Source: Azolla caroliniana
Taxonomy: Eukaryota; Plantae; Polypodiophyta
NCBI GenBank assembly: GCA_043228905.1
Contig: JBHGNT010000003.1
Span: 6,448,001 to 6,512,000, forward strand
DNA: 64,000 nucleotides
Reading direction: 5' to 3'
The position numbers and the translations under genes were made by a program. Below, in pieces: positions 13,732 to 27,000 of this stretch. The number at the start of each line of letters is the position of its first letter. Positions within the stretch are counted from its first letter, which is position 1. The notes below the pieces were generated by a model. It was given only the letters and a program-made list of their open reading frames with translations, was not told the DNA's origin and made no database searches.

Positions 13732-14969
13732 GTAGTTATGTTTATTTGTGCATCTTTGTGCACTTTCTATAGTAATGAAATGTATAACAATGAAGCATCA
13801 TATAGAGCTTTTCATTATTAAAATTTGTATGTCAAATGACATCTTTAAAAAATGCATGTCAAAAAACTTTAATACTAACCCGTCAAATTTAGACCCTGGT
13901 GACAATGTTTATACTTGTTAAATGTGTCGAACGTGTCAAACATTATTAAGTGGCAGTTCTGAATTATACATTACATGTAGAATACTCAAGTCAATTCTAA
14001 AACATATTCGAGACATAAAGTACACATTTTTTAACAACTATGAGTTAAACCAACATTAACACACTTAATCTACTACACCAATTAATAATAGATATATTCA
14101 TCCTATGATAATTGCTAGATAATAAATAGCATGCAATAAAGCAATTTAGCAATGCATGCTTAGCGATGAGTGATCTAGATATGGAAAATGTGCATGCTCC
14201 AAAAAACCTCCTTACTTCTTGTTGGTGTTGTTTCATTATATTTCCTACTTGTTCATTGCATTCATCGTGTAAGCAATGGAGTTTGTCATCCTTCCAGGTT
14301 GAGTGCACCTCCAGACCAACCCAATGAGAATCTATATCATCGTAATGTCGCAACTCTCAATAGGTGGTTGAAATTCATCATAAAGAGGAGTATGGGTCAT
14401 CAATCTACATAAGTTGTGGATAACCGTGACCTTGTTCACTAGCTCCATAGTATTTGATAAAACAAAGCAAACTAGTTTTGTTGAATATAGTTTGTTGGAG
14501 TAAGGTCTGGTTGAGGGCTCGAGTACGTATCGTAGTGACTTATGTGTGTTTAAAAGAAAGAGTGTCTAGGTTTCTACAATCTCGCAAAATGTAACTTTCT
14601 ACATATATCCTATGAGCCCTACAAATCATGGGACACCACATATGTATTCTTTCATGAAAGAATATGCTCCATTGCTATTAAAATTAAAGTGGCGAAAGGC
14701 AATATACAAAATAGTCCAATATTACAATGAATATTGCATAGTCGTGTTGAACGACCCTAGCCAACCTTTCATCACCATAACTTATTAGTTCAATGGACTA
14801 TTTGTCACAAGATGAGATGACGAAGCATCTCAGATATACAAAGTTATGGATCGATTGAGCAGGTTGTCTTAGCATTGCTTAGTCCAATTTACATCTTTAG
14901 TATTATTGGGCTTGGCTTCTTAAAATGGGTACTTACCATTACACCATGGTCTTTTGGAATAAATTCCCT

Positions 14970-15159
14970 ATAGACATTGGAATAGAAGATAAATTTACAA
15001 AGAATTCTTAATGAAATAGGCTTTTTGGGATTACTATGTAGATCAATTGGGGTAGGAATATTGTTCCACCATAGACATTGGAATAGAAGACAAATTTACA
15101 AAAAAATCATTATGAAATAGGTTTTTATTGATTAGTATGTAGATCAATTGGGGTAGGAA
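14970..15159. repeat. Tandem duplication, 101-bp period, overlapping the carboxylesterase stop codon
   Basis: ATAGACATTGGAATAGAAGA...GATCAATTGGGGTAGGAAT at 14970 and 15071. Confidence 0.85.
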
Positions 15160-16268
15160 TGTTTAGAGATGAAGCTAGCAAGGGCTCCTCGGAGTGCCGA
15201 GGATTCGTCCGGGGCATTCTCGGGGAACATGTGGAAGCAGTGCCCGACTCCCTTGGACTCGAAGTACTCCACGGAAGCGGCCAACGATCCGGAGGCCTCG
15301 GGCAGGCCAGTGTCCCGGAAAAGCCGGAGTGTCTCCACATATTCGGCCGCGCCAGCGAGTAAAGGGTCGCTGTCGGCCGCGGCCACGAGCACGGGTACGT
15401 CCGGGAGGTCGTGGATCGCTATCGAAGACTCAGGATGCATCGGGTTCATGAGTGGGTGCCCGAACTGCGCACCCTCCGGTAGGGCCGAGGTGTGGTAGAA
15501 TTGCACCCTAGCATTGCTAAGGTTGGCCGAGGCCGGGTCATAGGCGGGCCTCTCTTGAGGGAATGCCGGGTGCACGAGGAGTAGCCCCGCAATGGCCTTG
15601 CTGCCAATCTCTCCCGCCACGTAATGGACCATTGTCCCGCCCGCACTCTCACCGGCCACGAAAACCCTCCCGAGGTCTCCAATGCTTGACACCCACGGGT
15701 CATCGGTCTCCGAGAGCCACCGGAACGCGGACACCCCGTCGTCGTATGCGGCCGGGAGCTTATGTTCGGGTGCGAGGCGGTATGAGACCGACACCCACAA
15801 GCACCGCGTGGCCAAGCACATGGCGCGGCAAAAGCCGTGGGTGTGCGGGGCGGCTGGGCTGCCCACGCAAAAGCCGCCCCCATGGAAGTGTAGGACAATG
15901 GGCACTTTCTCGGGGGGTTCCATGCCAGAGAAGGTGGATTTGGGCCGGAATATGCGGGCCCACACGCCCGTGTCTGGGTCAACGACCACGTCTCGAGTCG
16001 CAACCCCGCTCTCGAGAGTGCCATAGGAGGATGGGACATAATGATCTATGCACCTCTCAAAGCTACCATCACTATACAAGGTTAGTACGCCTTCTTGGTG
16101 CTCCACCACCTCTCTCTCCGGAATACCCTTGGTCTATTATACATACCAACAAACAAGCAAACAAACAAATAGAGTCATTTTCCTTTCATAGAAGCACCAA
16201 TACATACATATTTAGTTAGCTACACAACCAAATACATAATGAATCGAGGGGTATTAGTCATATACCAT
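15144..16268 (-). CDS. Plant carboxylesterase (CXE; HSL-family alpha/beta hydrolase); main exon 16133-15144, predicted ATG-only first coding exon 16268-16266
   Basis: HFHGGGF, YRLAPEHKLPAAYDD, GESAGG nucleophile elbow, DSDPL Asp and GHCFH His; the start codon is inferred. Confidence 0.92.
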
Positions 16269-18660
16269 TATATATTTGTCTCCTTGCCTCATCTGTTCGC
16301 CCGCCTTAAAGTTGTCGCCGTATCGAATCATGTGTTTCTTTTTTGTGCGGTTTGTAATCGCTACAAATTACGGGGTTTTGCCTTGTCCTTTGTTTTGATT
16401 CCTTTTTCCGATGTTCCCCGTTCTTTGTCTCTACACCGTGCCCGTGTGGTCTAGTTTTTGACCCTTATCACCCGTCTCAAACCTCAGACAAGGAGCAATT
16501 GGTACACTTATTCAAGCCTCTGCAAAAAACAATAAAACTATGTGGGTATTATACACCTCTATTATGCCACAATGTTGTATCTCAAACTAATGGCGTAAAG
16601 GTTTTAAGTGATTGGTTTTTGTGCAAACTAATAATGATCATGGAATTATCTATACACTAATGGACATGTCTAGATAGGGCTCATATCTCTAAATTGTCTC
16701 TTGTTTATCCTACATATAATCATGATCCTCTCCTTATATAGAAGTCCTATGTCTTATTATACTCATGCCTATTATTAATTCGTTTATTGACCCTTCAACT
16801 ATGTTTTGATGTTGCAACAATACGGGTCTCTCTTCTGGATATTTTGAGTAGTCAAATCATTCTTGAGGATTATCGATTCATTTTTTTTAGAAGTTCAAAC
16901 ATTATCTGCGGCTATAAAATTGCATGCAGACTTTTCCTTCACAACATTGAAAGATGAAGTTTCTTTTGTTGTTCCAAGTTGCAATGTTTGGGATTGTTCG
17001 TAAGTAAATTGCCTTGACTATCGAGATCTTGTTACCAATACAATTGGCTTTGATCAAGTTGGTCAATCATAATTAAAAGAGACTTTCAATTGGAAAATAG
17101 TGAGTATAAAAGCTACGTTTAACCAAATATAAGAAGAATGGCAATATATTGGGATAGTCAAAAGCATTCTTTTCTTTTACAACTCTTTCTTAAAGGATGC
17201 TCAATTTAAGTTTGATCGATGATCTCTTTAGACTTGGCAAACATATTCCATAACAATATTAAAATTTAAGACCAATAGGAATGAAATCCCATTACTACTA
17301 TTCACTTGCTTACAAGTGACAACACAATCGAAAGAAAATGATGTTACACCATTTTGAACGTTCGAATACATTTGTTTTTCAAGGATTACGTGAGAAAGTT
17401 TCCTAGAGATATGAATAAAGTTCATGGATTCAAGATAAATGCTTCAATATGCCGACACGAGAAACGTCTCATAAATAAATTATAAATGCTTTAAAAAGCT
17501 CATGAAAAATGCATGCCTTATGCATCAAGAGGACCCAAGTGTATATCCACTCCAAAGATACATACAAATTTATTTAATGATCTGAGAAAAATGTATGATA
17601 ACATCAATGTGTCTTTTTTAATGTACACATGTGTATATACCCAATCCAATCATTTGACGACACGAAATGAGATAAGTAAATGTCGTTACTATTTCCAAAT
17701 ATGTACAAGGACATAGGAAAGGATTTGTAGAAAAAGCATTCGAGTGTATGAAAAGTACACTAAAAATAATTGCCATTGTCGTCTATTTCTCACCCCCGCC
17801 CCCTCTCTACAATAGAAAAGCTTCATCGCCATTGCAATCTTGAGATTTAGAACGTGGGCAAATTACATGTATAGCCTATTGTAACCTAAACAAATGGGCT
17901 AGCTTACATCGATGGGGAACTATGATAAATGACTTGCAAATGATCAAGGGACACGGAATAATTTATCCCATAAGATATCTATACTATAAAGACATCTTGC
18001 ATAAACATTGGATGTCTATTCATTCTTGAATTGACCATGACTTCTCATACGTAAGAACACATTTTGATTTTCTCTTTAATCTTCAACATCAAAGTGCTTC
18101 AAATTTGTGAAATAACTTTACATTGATTCCACATCAAGTGGACCATATTGTAGAACAATAATTGGTTACGATAAATTTCTACATGAAATTTGAATGTAAA
18201 TGTGTTTTCATATTTTTCCTAATAACATCTTCAACATGTACTTGATAAGTTTCATTGTTTTTGAGCTAAATGTATTATCATATATATATTAAACACCATG
18301 TTATTTGCAAAGCAACTCTATAATCTATTAAATAGCTATAAGGATGTCTGGCTCTTTGACTTGTTCCTCCTTTAAATATGGGATATGCAAAAAAGAAGGT
18401 AATCATGTCGTGAAGTCCTTTTCCCAATTCTAGGTAGTTTAATGTAATCAAACTTTTCGATGCCTCAACCCAAGAGTATTGAACAGATTCATCATTAGAA
18501 ATCAACTTCACACAAAGGTTTGAATGTTTCATTAACTTCTAAACTCTAAAAATATGGCTAGATACGGGTTGCTCCATGTTTGATTAACTCTAAAGTTATG
18601 AGAAATTAGAGCACTATAAAATCCTTGAATGTCAATTGACTTCAAGAACATCAATAATGC

Positions 18661-18860
18661 AATCCTTATAAGGCTTCGTTACATAAATCATTAACGATAC
18701 AGAGTGTGATCATTTAGCCCACACAAAACTTGGATGGTTGATTAAGCAACTCAACTGTATAATCCTTATAAGGCTTCGTTACATAAATCATTGACGATAC
18801 AAAGTGTGATCATTTAGCCCACGCAAAACTTGGATGGTTGATTAAGCAACTAAACTGTAT
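18661..18860. repeat. Tandem duplication, 100-bp period
   Basis: AATCCTTATAAGGCTTCGTTAC... at 18661 and 18761, about 4 substitutions. Confidence 0.95.
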
Positions 18861-19347
18861 TTAATCTGACCATCAAGGCTTAAAGTTCCTAGTCATATGA
18901 AAATAATTTTCAACCCATTCATCAACCATCTCAATTCATATGAGGTCAAGGAAGAACAGTCTAATGTGGGCAAACCACAAGTGCAACCTTTTTATGCAAA
19001 GTGTGATCTTGCTTGCTGTCAATCTACAACTTTCCACGATGACATGTTGATAGAACTACTCTCACATACCCCACATGAGCCATTAGAAAATCGCTTCTTA
19101 TATTAGTAAGTGATGAAACACAAATTTCAAACATATACACAAAAAACTACACAATATCTATGCTACCAAAATCGTATCATTTAATTAAACTCATGAAGGA
19201 TTTTTGCCCAAAACATGCATGGTAAAACACCAGATGCTTTCAAGGAACACACTACAATGGTCATGATCCTAACGAGACCCCTAGTGGATACAACCATCCA
19301 AAGAACACATGGTGGCCAAATATATATACCGATTTTTAAATTTTTTT

Positions 19348-20270
19348 TTAATGAAGATTCACCTTGGTATTAATGGAAATATGCCGAAATTCTACAACGA
19401 ATTCATACAATATATTATAACCCTCATATCCACATGTATCAAAAGCCCTCACGTAGAGTTGTTCCAAGACGCGGGTCGGAAAAAGCCATCTTGGTGGAGC
19501 ATATCTCAACTTTATTCTCTCTCCAAAAGAGGTGAAGACCTCTGCCTTTTTCCAAATTTCTCGAAATTGTTGTTGTTTACAAATCACAACCTCAAGCTCA
19601 TTAGTTATTGCTTCATATTGACCTCTTAGACTATGTAAGAGCATTAACCATATCTCCTTGACTAACTCAACCGCATCCTGTTTATCTTTTTGAAATACAC
19701 ATTTACATTTAGCCTTCCACAATACCCAAACTACTAAAGAAGATATCGTAGACCAGACCTTGTCCTCTTCCAAACAACGGATTGTTCTAGTATAAGAGAC
19801 CTCCAATACATGTCTTCCGTCGGAGAGGAGAAGAAAATCAACATACTCCTTTTCATAGTTCTGAATTTCTTTAGCCACTCTTCCCCATCTCATAAAACCC
19901 CATGTGTACACCTGCTTACCATAAATAGGATACAACATTCTCAACATTTTTTTCCAAACTGCTCTAGCAATAGGACATATCCATAAAACATGGTAAACCG
20001 ATTCAATGGGAGAACCACAACTATCACATTTTTAATCATGGCAATGCCCCCACATCCATGACTTCACATTTATGCCATCTAAATAACACAACTTTTTTAG
20101 GAATTTGCATGGCCCATAACCATTTCCAATAAGCATTCAACCAAAAGTTTGTTACATTACCAGATTTCCAAATATTACACGCTGCTGGCATAACAACCAC
20201 ACCCCTCCTTAGCAATTCTCTACCCATTTTTACCGAATACTAAAAAAATGGGATTTGCTTACCTAGCATT
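19348..20270 (-). mobile_element. 3' fragment of a LINE ORF2 (zf-RVT-type C-terminus)
   Basis: WKWLWAMQIPKKVVLFRW, CDSCGSPIESVYHVLWICPIARAVW and VVWVLWKAKCKCVF across broken frames. Confidence 0.8.
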
Positions 20271-20978
20271 CCTTGCGATATGGTTTGCCATTTCCACTCA
20301 CCAGGATCCCACAAAAGGCGATTAATGGGCTTATTCCCATAGACCCACATTTCAGAGAGATTGTTTATATCATTTGGATGTGGATTCAGCGTGATCCACT
20401 TTTTATATATTGGATACAACCATCAAACAAAACAAGGTGGCCAATATATGTACCGAATTTTAAAACGAGACCCATATCGGATACAACCATGAAACAACAC
20501 AAGGTGTATATACACTGAATTTTAAAACGAGAACCACATTGGTACAACCATAAGAGAGACACAAGGTGTCCAATATATATACAAAATTTCAATTACAGAA
20601 AATTTGGACTCGAAATCAGGCATCAGAAGAAATGTCTCAGGGGATAAATATAAACTTTTGCATTGGGATTGGCTAAGAGGGTGATTGATCGAAACCCTAG
20701 AGTGTATGATGGATGATGACTGATAGACCCACCCGGTAAGATGAAGAGAAACACAGGGTATTGATTGATTGCTGAGTCTCTTCTGCTCGTAATTTGAGGC
20801 CACCCTTCAAGGGCATCCCAAAGAATTAAGCAAAACCCAAAAGGTTTAGTGTGGAGACCTAAAGAAGACAAAAGCAGAGAGAGAGAGAGATTTGCATTCT
20901 GTCCCATCCACCCTTCAGGGGCATCTGAAAGAATTAAGCAAAACGCAAAGGTTTAGTGTAGAGACCTCAAGAAGACAG

Positions 20979-21027
<49 letters not shown>

Positions 21028-21090
21028 CACTGTGTGAGTGTTTTTTTAGAAGAACCCATTGCTGCTGCTGCAGCCTGCCACTGTCATGTC

Positions 21091-24000
21091 ATGATCGTGT
21101 TTTGTCGTCTCGTGGCGGGGGGGAGGAAGAGGAGGAGATTTTACTCCCCTGCTGCAGCTTCATACCTCCACACATCCGCATCCACATCCACAACCACATC
21201 TTCATTCCAAGTCCCAGAACACTCTCCCATCCTGGTAAAAAATATCACTTCATTTTTTGTGAGTTTTCATTATATAAATGCATATTTTACATATATGTAT
21301 TTTATGTATATGTATATGGATACGGTTATGTGCATGTATGCATATGTTTATATATGTGTAATTATATATAATGTATGTTATGGATATGGATATGGACATG
21401 TATGTGTATGTGTATGTGCATGCTTATGTATTTTTGTATGGTATGTGTGTTTATGTATGCATATATATTTGAAGAATCATCATGTGACCTTTTTCAGGTC
21501 AGAGATTTCATCCACCAAGCTCTATATGATCCTCAGCATGGTTACTTCTCGGCTAAACCTGAAGCAGTGGGTATCATGTCAGAACCCATCTCATTTAATG
21601 CCATAAAAGGTACTGAGAAACTAGATTCCACCTTAGCAGTCTCTAGTAGAGTTTCTAATGTATAAGGATTAATGATCAGGGTGACATATCATTGACGTGG
21701 ATCAAATTTGATGCATTCTTTTGGGATATTTGTTACTAATCTATAAACAAGTAATATGAGTGAGTTTAATTTATGTTATTCTGTTTTAAGGTACCATGAG
21801 CATTACGAACTTGAGCCTACCAGTAAGTGTAGTAATTTTGTGATGAAAAGTAAGCATGCTTCAGAACTTCTGGGGGATGTTGTGCACATAAAACGAAGTT
21901 TTTGAAGGAATGTTTCTTATCGTGCATACTTTCAAATTTTATTGTTGAATTATCTCATATTATATTGTGACATTGTGCATATCGAGCAGAGGCTTTAAAT
22001 CAAGAGAAAATTAGTAGCATGTTCCTTGAACAATGATTACTTAGTATCATTTTATGTGGATACTGTCCAAATCTTGATCAATCGGTTGTGCATTAAATTG
22101 GATTAACTCTTTTATTTCTTCATGCTTTCAGATTAGTTAAGCAATAAAGGGTGGCCTTCCAGCCAAAAGGCCAGCCGTAATCACTTAACAATCTGAATGA
22201 ATGTCATTTTGGAATGTTTCCCTTAAGATTATATTTTCTCTTTGTGTACAGTATGGTTGCTTGAAATTTCGTTGTTGGATAATCTCATTGTATGTTGTGA
22301 CATTTTGCGTATCAATCATATTGCAAACAAATAGAGTGTCATTTCATAAAAAAATTCTTAATTCAATGTTTTTGTGCTTGCTTTGGTTTTTTTTTGTGGG
22401 ATGATCTCATTGTCTGTTGTAACGTGTGCAATAGAGACTTTGTATTGATATTTTCTGTTTGCACACATTGCACAAACTTTAGAGTTTTGTTGTTAAAGTT
22501 ATCTGTTTGTATGTTGTATGAAATCATAGATTTTGTGGCTTGATCTCCAGGAAGAAGACATTACATGCAATATCTTCACGATTTATACAAGCAGAGTGAT
22601 GTTTCTTGGTTCACACCTGTGGAACTTTTCAAGGTTTGATTAGTTATGCCTTAGCCTATTGTTTCTGCTATTTATGTGCACTGTCCCTCTCTCTATCCAT
22701 GGAAGAGTTAGCATACTACTTATGGTATTTATGTTATTTATGTGTACTGTCCTCACTGTACCTGTGAATGTGAATGAAGAGGGAAGCAAAACTGTCAAAT
22801 TTTAAATCTTTTTCAAAACAATGTATACAGTTTATAGGTGTTGAATGCCCCAAGGGATGTTTTGTTTTTCCGTTCAACCCATCAAACGCTCTTTGAAGTT
22901 CATGATACTTCAGTCTTGTTTTGCAAGTCCTATTTGGCTCCGATTGAGGAGTCCTTTTCTCAACGTTTACATGATCACATCTAGCTGAAGTATGGTAGGT
23001 TCCAAGCTCAATTTGTGATGGCTACTTAGTATCAAACTTCGAAGAAACAATATTCCCAGATCAATGAATTGGCGTCCATGATATCAACAGTTCCTTCATA
23101 CAGAAAAACAGTGTGAGGATGGAGCAATCCATTAGGCACTACTTGACAAGTTGTTATAAATATTGATGATGAAAAGTTGTTAGAGATACTTTCTAATGTA
23201 GGCATGATAATAAGGAAACAGATAAGATAATAAATAGACAGAGAGAGCAAGAAGGGTGCCGATCCACCCAACCACCCCCAAGCGAAGGGAGGTCCAAAGA
23301 AGATATTTATCGATCACATTCAATGGAATGAAGCTAGTGAGTCCATGTAAAGCACTCTTTAAACCTGAATGGTTTAAGGCTTAATTATTGAAGTCTCCTA
23401 GGCTATGCTATTGACATGACTATTACTTCTGAGAACAGCTGGAATGATGTGTGATAAAAAGCATATCATGCAATGTATTTGAGATTACTTTTTTCTCATG
23501 TTAATGGTTTCTTCCTTTAAATAGTAAAGCGCTACTATCCAGCTACAACTCTACAGTGGCATGAAAGATTTCTGGTCTGCTATCCAAATATTAGGAGTAA
23601 AACTTGACAGTTTTAATTAATATTAAATTTTGAGCAAAGATAACTATATGTCTTTCCATTGTGTAGTCACTCCAGTGTGCGGATTTTTGTTCCAGACATG
23701 ATCTAATTGTATTATGTTCTTCTGCGTTTCCAGCCATGGTATGGCTATGCACTTTCAAGATACATGCTTGCAAATCATGATCGTAGATTCCCATTACAGG
23801 TGATTTAATTGATACTGATATTTTCTGGCATAAAATTGTGAATTAGAATTTGATGGTATTTGCAATAGAGAAACTATGGTACCAATTCAATGGGTCAAAT
23901 AACTCAATAAAGCACTAATTTAATGAATCAAAATTTCCTTAAGTTACATGTGGAACCAGAGTACTTTGAAGTGTAACTTTTCTTATCTTTTCTGCCAAGC

Positions 24001-27000
24001 ATACTGTGTAACATCTTCATGAAGAAAATAAAAGAATGTAGAGATATATAAAAAACGATGCATATACGATCAAATGCATGTAGGCAACATCTTCACCAGC
24101 ACTATCAAATCCCTAGGCAACTCCATAAATGACAGGTTTATCGCTTGTAAATGCTGCTCCTAAACAAATGTTTTGGGTCTTTATATGAAATCTTTCTGTT
24201 TCTCAAAGAATCTTCATATTGAATGCTTATTTATTGAAATTTTAGTTAGTACTCGAGTTCAGTATATCAACCATGGCCCAATATGCAGCTTATTCAAGGT
24301 GGAGAGACTCGGAAACCAAAGCAATCACTTTTAATGAGTAAAAGTGGTTGCAATCTAGTATTGATAGTATTTCTAGTGAGGATTTGAGACAATTGTTTTC
24401 ACCACAGGTGGGTTCTTGGTTGGTGTTACAAATGAGCTAGTGCACATAGTGCTTGTCCTAGAATTGATTCAAAGGTGCCACAGTATGGAGTACTAGATTT
24501 GCAGACTACTTTCCCCCCCAGAAACTCACGCACAAAATCCACTCTTTTTTGGGGACCTTTGTAGCTTTGCCTTATAGTTGTTCAAAGGTGTCTCACTGTT
24601 TTTACAGCATTGCTTTATAGTGGATAGACAAGTAGAGCAAAAAAACATGCTCTAAATTGTAGTACATTGTCGGGTTACCCTCAATGAAACTGTAAAATTG
24701 AACATGTATATATTATCTAATTGCATATATTACTTTATAGTTTTATAGTAGTACATTGTCAGGATACCCTGAATGAAACTGTAAATTGAACCTGCGTATA
24801 TTACCTAATTGTTCAGTCTGGATATCCTGAATAAAACTCTAAATTAAACATGCATATATTGTCTACTTGTAAATTGTCAGCACACCCTGAATGAAACTTT
24901 AAATTGAACATGTATATATGACCTAATTGTAAATTATCAGGATACCCTTAATGAATCTGTAAATTGACATGCATATATTACCTAATTGTAATGTGAACAT
25001 GCATACAGTGCCATTGAAACAATTTCTGGCATGTAATGATGAATATCAACATTTTAGCTAACAATTTTTATATGTAGGTTTTACTTCAGATGATAGTAAT
25101 AGTCTAGTGGGAACTCCATGACATTCTTCGTAGCTGCAGTATGATACAATAATAGGGGTGGAATTTAAAACATATTCATTTCATATTTAAAAATATATAA
25201 ACGGTGAATGTTGCATTAATAACTTTGAATAAGGACATGCTTTCCATGAGTAGATATTTGAGATTGGTGGGGGCACTGGCACTTGTGCGAAAAATATATT
25301 GGACTATATAAAGCTTGAAGCACCAGGGGTTTATGACAACATGCGATACATGTACGGTTGATCACTCCACTTACATTAAGTACAGAATTATCGTTTATGA
25401 ATATTGCATTAGTTTATTTTTCAGAACTTGAAAAATGTTCCTCAAAGGCTTATTTGACGAATCAAGCTAAGCTGAATACCATTGATGTTCACTATGCCAA
25501 GAATCCATGAAGACTTATCTAATGAATTCAAACACAAGCGAAGCATCAATATTCTTTGAATGCTTGTATAGATTATGTATTGCTTTTTAAGTATTATATA
25601 TTAAGTCATGATCGTGATTTCCCTTTCTACTGACCACTCATATGATCACCGTCTGGACTCTGGCATCCATAAATTTATCGCCACCTAGAATTCTTGAATT
25701 TGATTGGAAAATCTTTTGCATTTTCTTCATCGTCATCTAGATGAGGTGTTTTTTGGTCATCTTGGTTATAATGTATGTGCCTGTTTTTTATGTTTTATGT
25801 TTCTGGCGGAGTATCTTTTACAGAGCAGTAGATTATATTGTAACTAGCTTGAACATGTAGATTTCTGGAATATGAATTACTTTTTAAAAACATGTGTAAT
25901 TTTCACATGTGAATGTGCAATCATTAAATGTATGGTACAAACATGTTCTATATGCCAATTTTCAACTTCATGTAACACCTAGTGCACTATCATATATTAA
26001 TTTGCTATTATACATTGGGTTTTCTGCTATAATGTGGCAATGTGTTTGAAATAGTACTAGTAAGTTCCAACATCCTGTGCTAGTGTGTAAACCTGTTCAA
26101 CAATTTTGAAGTTAATATTCTATTATGAAATGCACTTCAAGTCCATGATATGCATATGATGCTAAAAGTGCTTTAGCCTGACCTAATTTGGAGTGTTTGA
26201 AATAGTACTAGTAAATTCAAACAACATCCTGTGCTAGCGTGTAAACCTGTTTAACAATTTTGAAGTTAATATTCTAACTACCTAAATGATAGTTGTTTTG
26301 CAATTCTTTTGAGATAAGCAGAGCATTGGCTAGAATACAACTCACTGCTGTTCATACATTGGGTTTTCTGATATATTAATTTGCTATTATACATAGGATT
26401 TTCTGCTATACTGTGGCAATGTATTTGAATAGAGTAAATTCAACATCCTGTGCTAGTGTGTAAACCTGTTTGACAAATTTCAAGTTAATATTCCATTATG
26501 AAATGCAATTCAAGTCCATGATATATATATGATGCTAAAGTGCTTTTGCCTGACCTAATTTGGATCTCCAACTACCTAAGTGATAGTTGTTTTGCAGTTC
26601 TGTTGAGATAAGCAGAGCATTGGCTAGAATACAACTCGCTGCTGTTCATACAGATGATACTCACAGATCACGCTTTTCTGTGGAGTGTAGAGATGCATGT
26701 GACAAGAGAGGATGGGGTAATGTGATCATGTCAACTTAATCAATTTTCATTCACTCTGTATCCTATAATTAAATATTAACACTGAGAAAAGTGGAATTAA
26801 TTCTATGATGCAGGGAAGGTTAACGGACATCCATGCTTTGTCATCATGCTCGAGGTAAATTAATTATAGTTGCCTTGAAATTTGAAACTTCAGTATCTAC
26901 CATAGAGGGTGAAATTGTGATATACTTCTATATCCTAGTGAAACTGTTTTTACCAAGACATATGCTTCAACTTCTCAATATTCAATCATTAATTATAAGA

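Larger units (their letters stand above)
9981..13898. mobile_element. hAT-type MITE (~740 bp of own sequence) interrupted by a Mutator element
   Basis: Imperfect TIRs CAGGGCAAGAATTTGAC / GTCAAATTTAGACCCTG; 8-bp TSD GTGACAAT at 9973-9980 and 13899-13906. Confidence 0.85.

Noticed and set aside
15144-16109. GID1 gibberellin receptor
   Set aside because: It retains the catalytic His (GHCFH) and lacks the GID1 N-terminal lid, so it is an ordinary CXE.
15125-16219. Many overlapping ORFs on both strands
   Set aside because: Expected by-product of a GC-rich coding exon.
16850-19250. Possible decayed hAT transposase on the minus strand
   Set aside because: Only faint resemblance in short broken frames; no catalytic motif, TIR or TSD that I could support.
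24650-25005. CRISPR-like array
   Set aside because: Units are contiguous with no unique spacers, there are no cas genes, and it lies in a eukaryotic intron.
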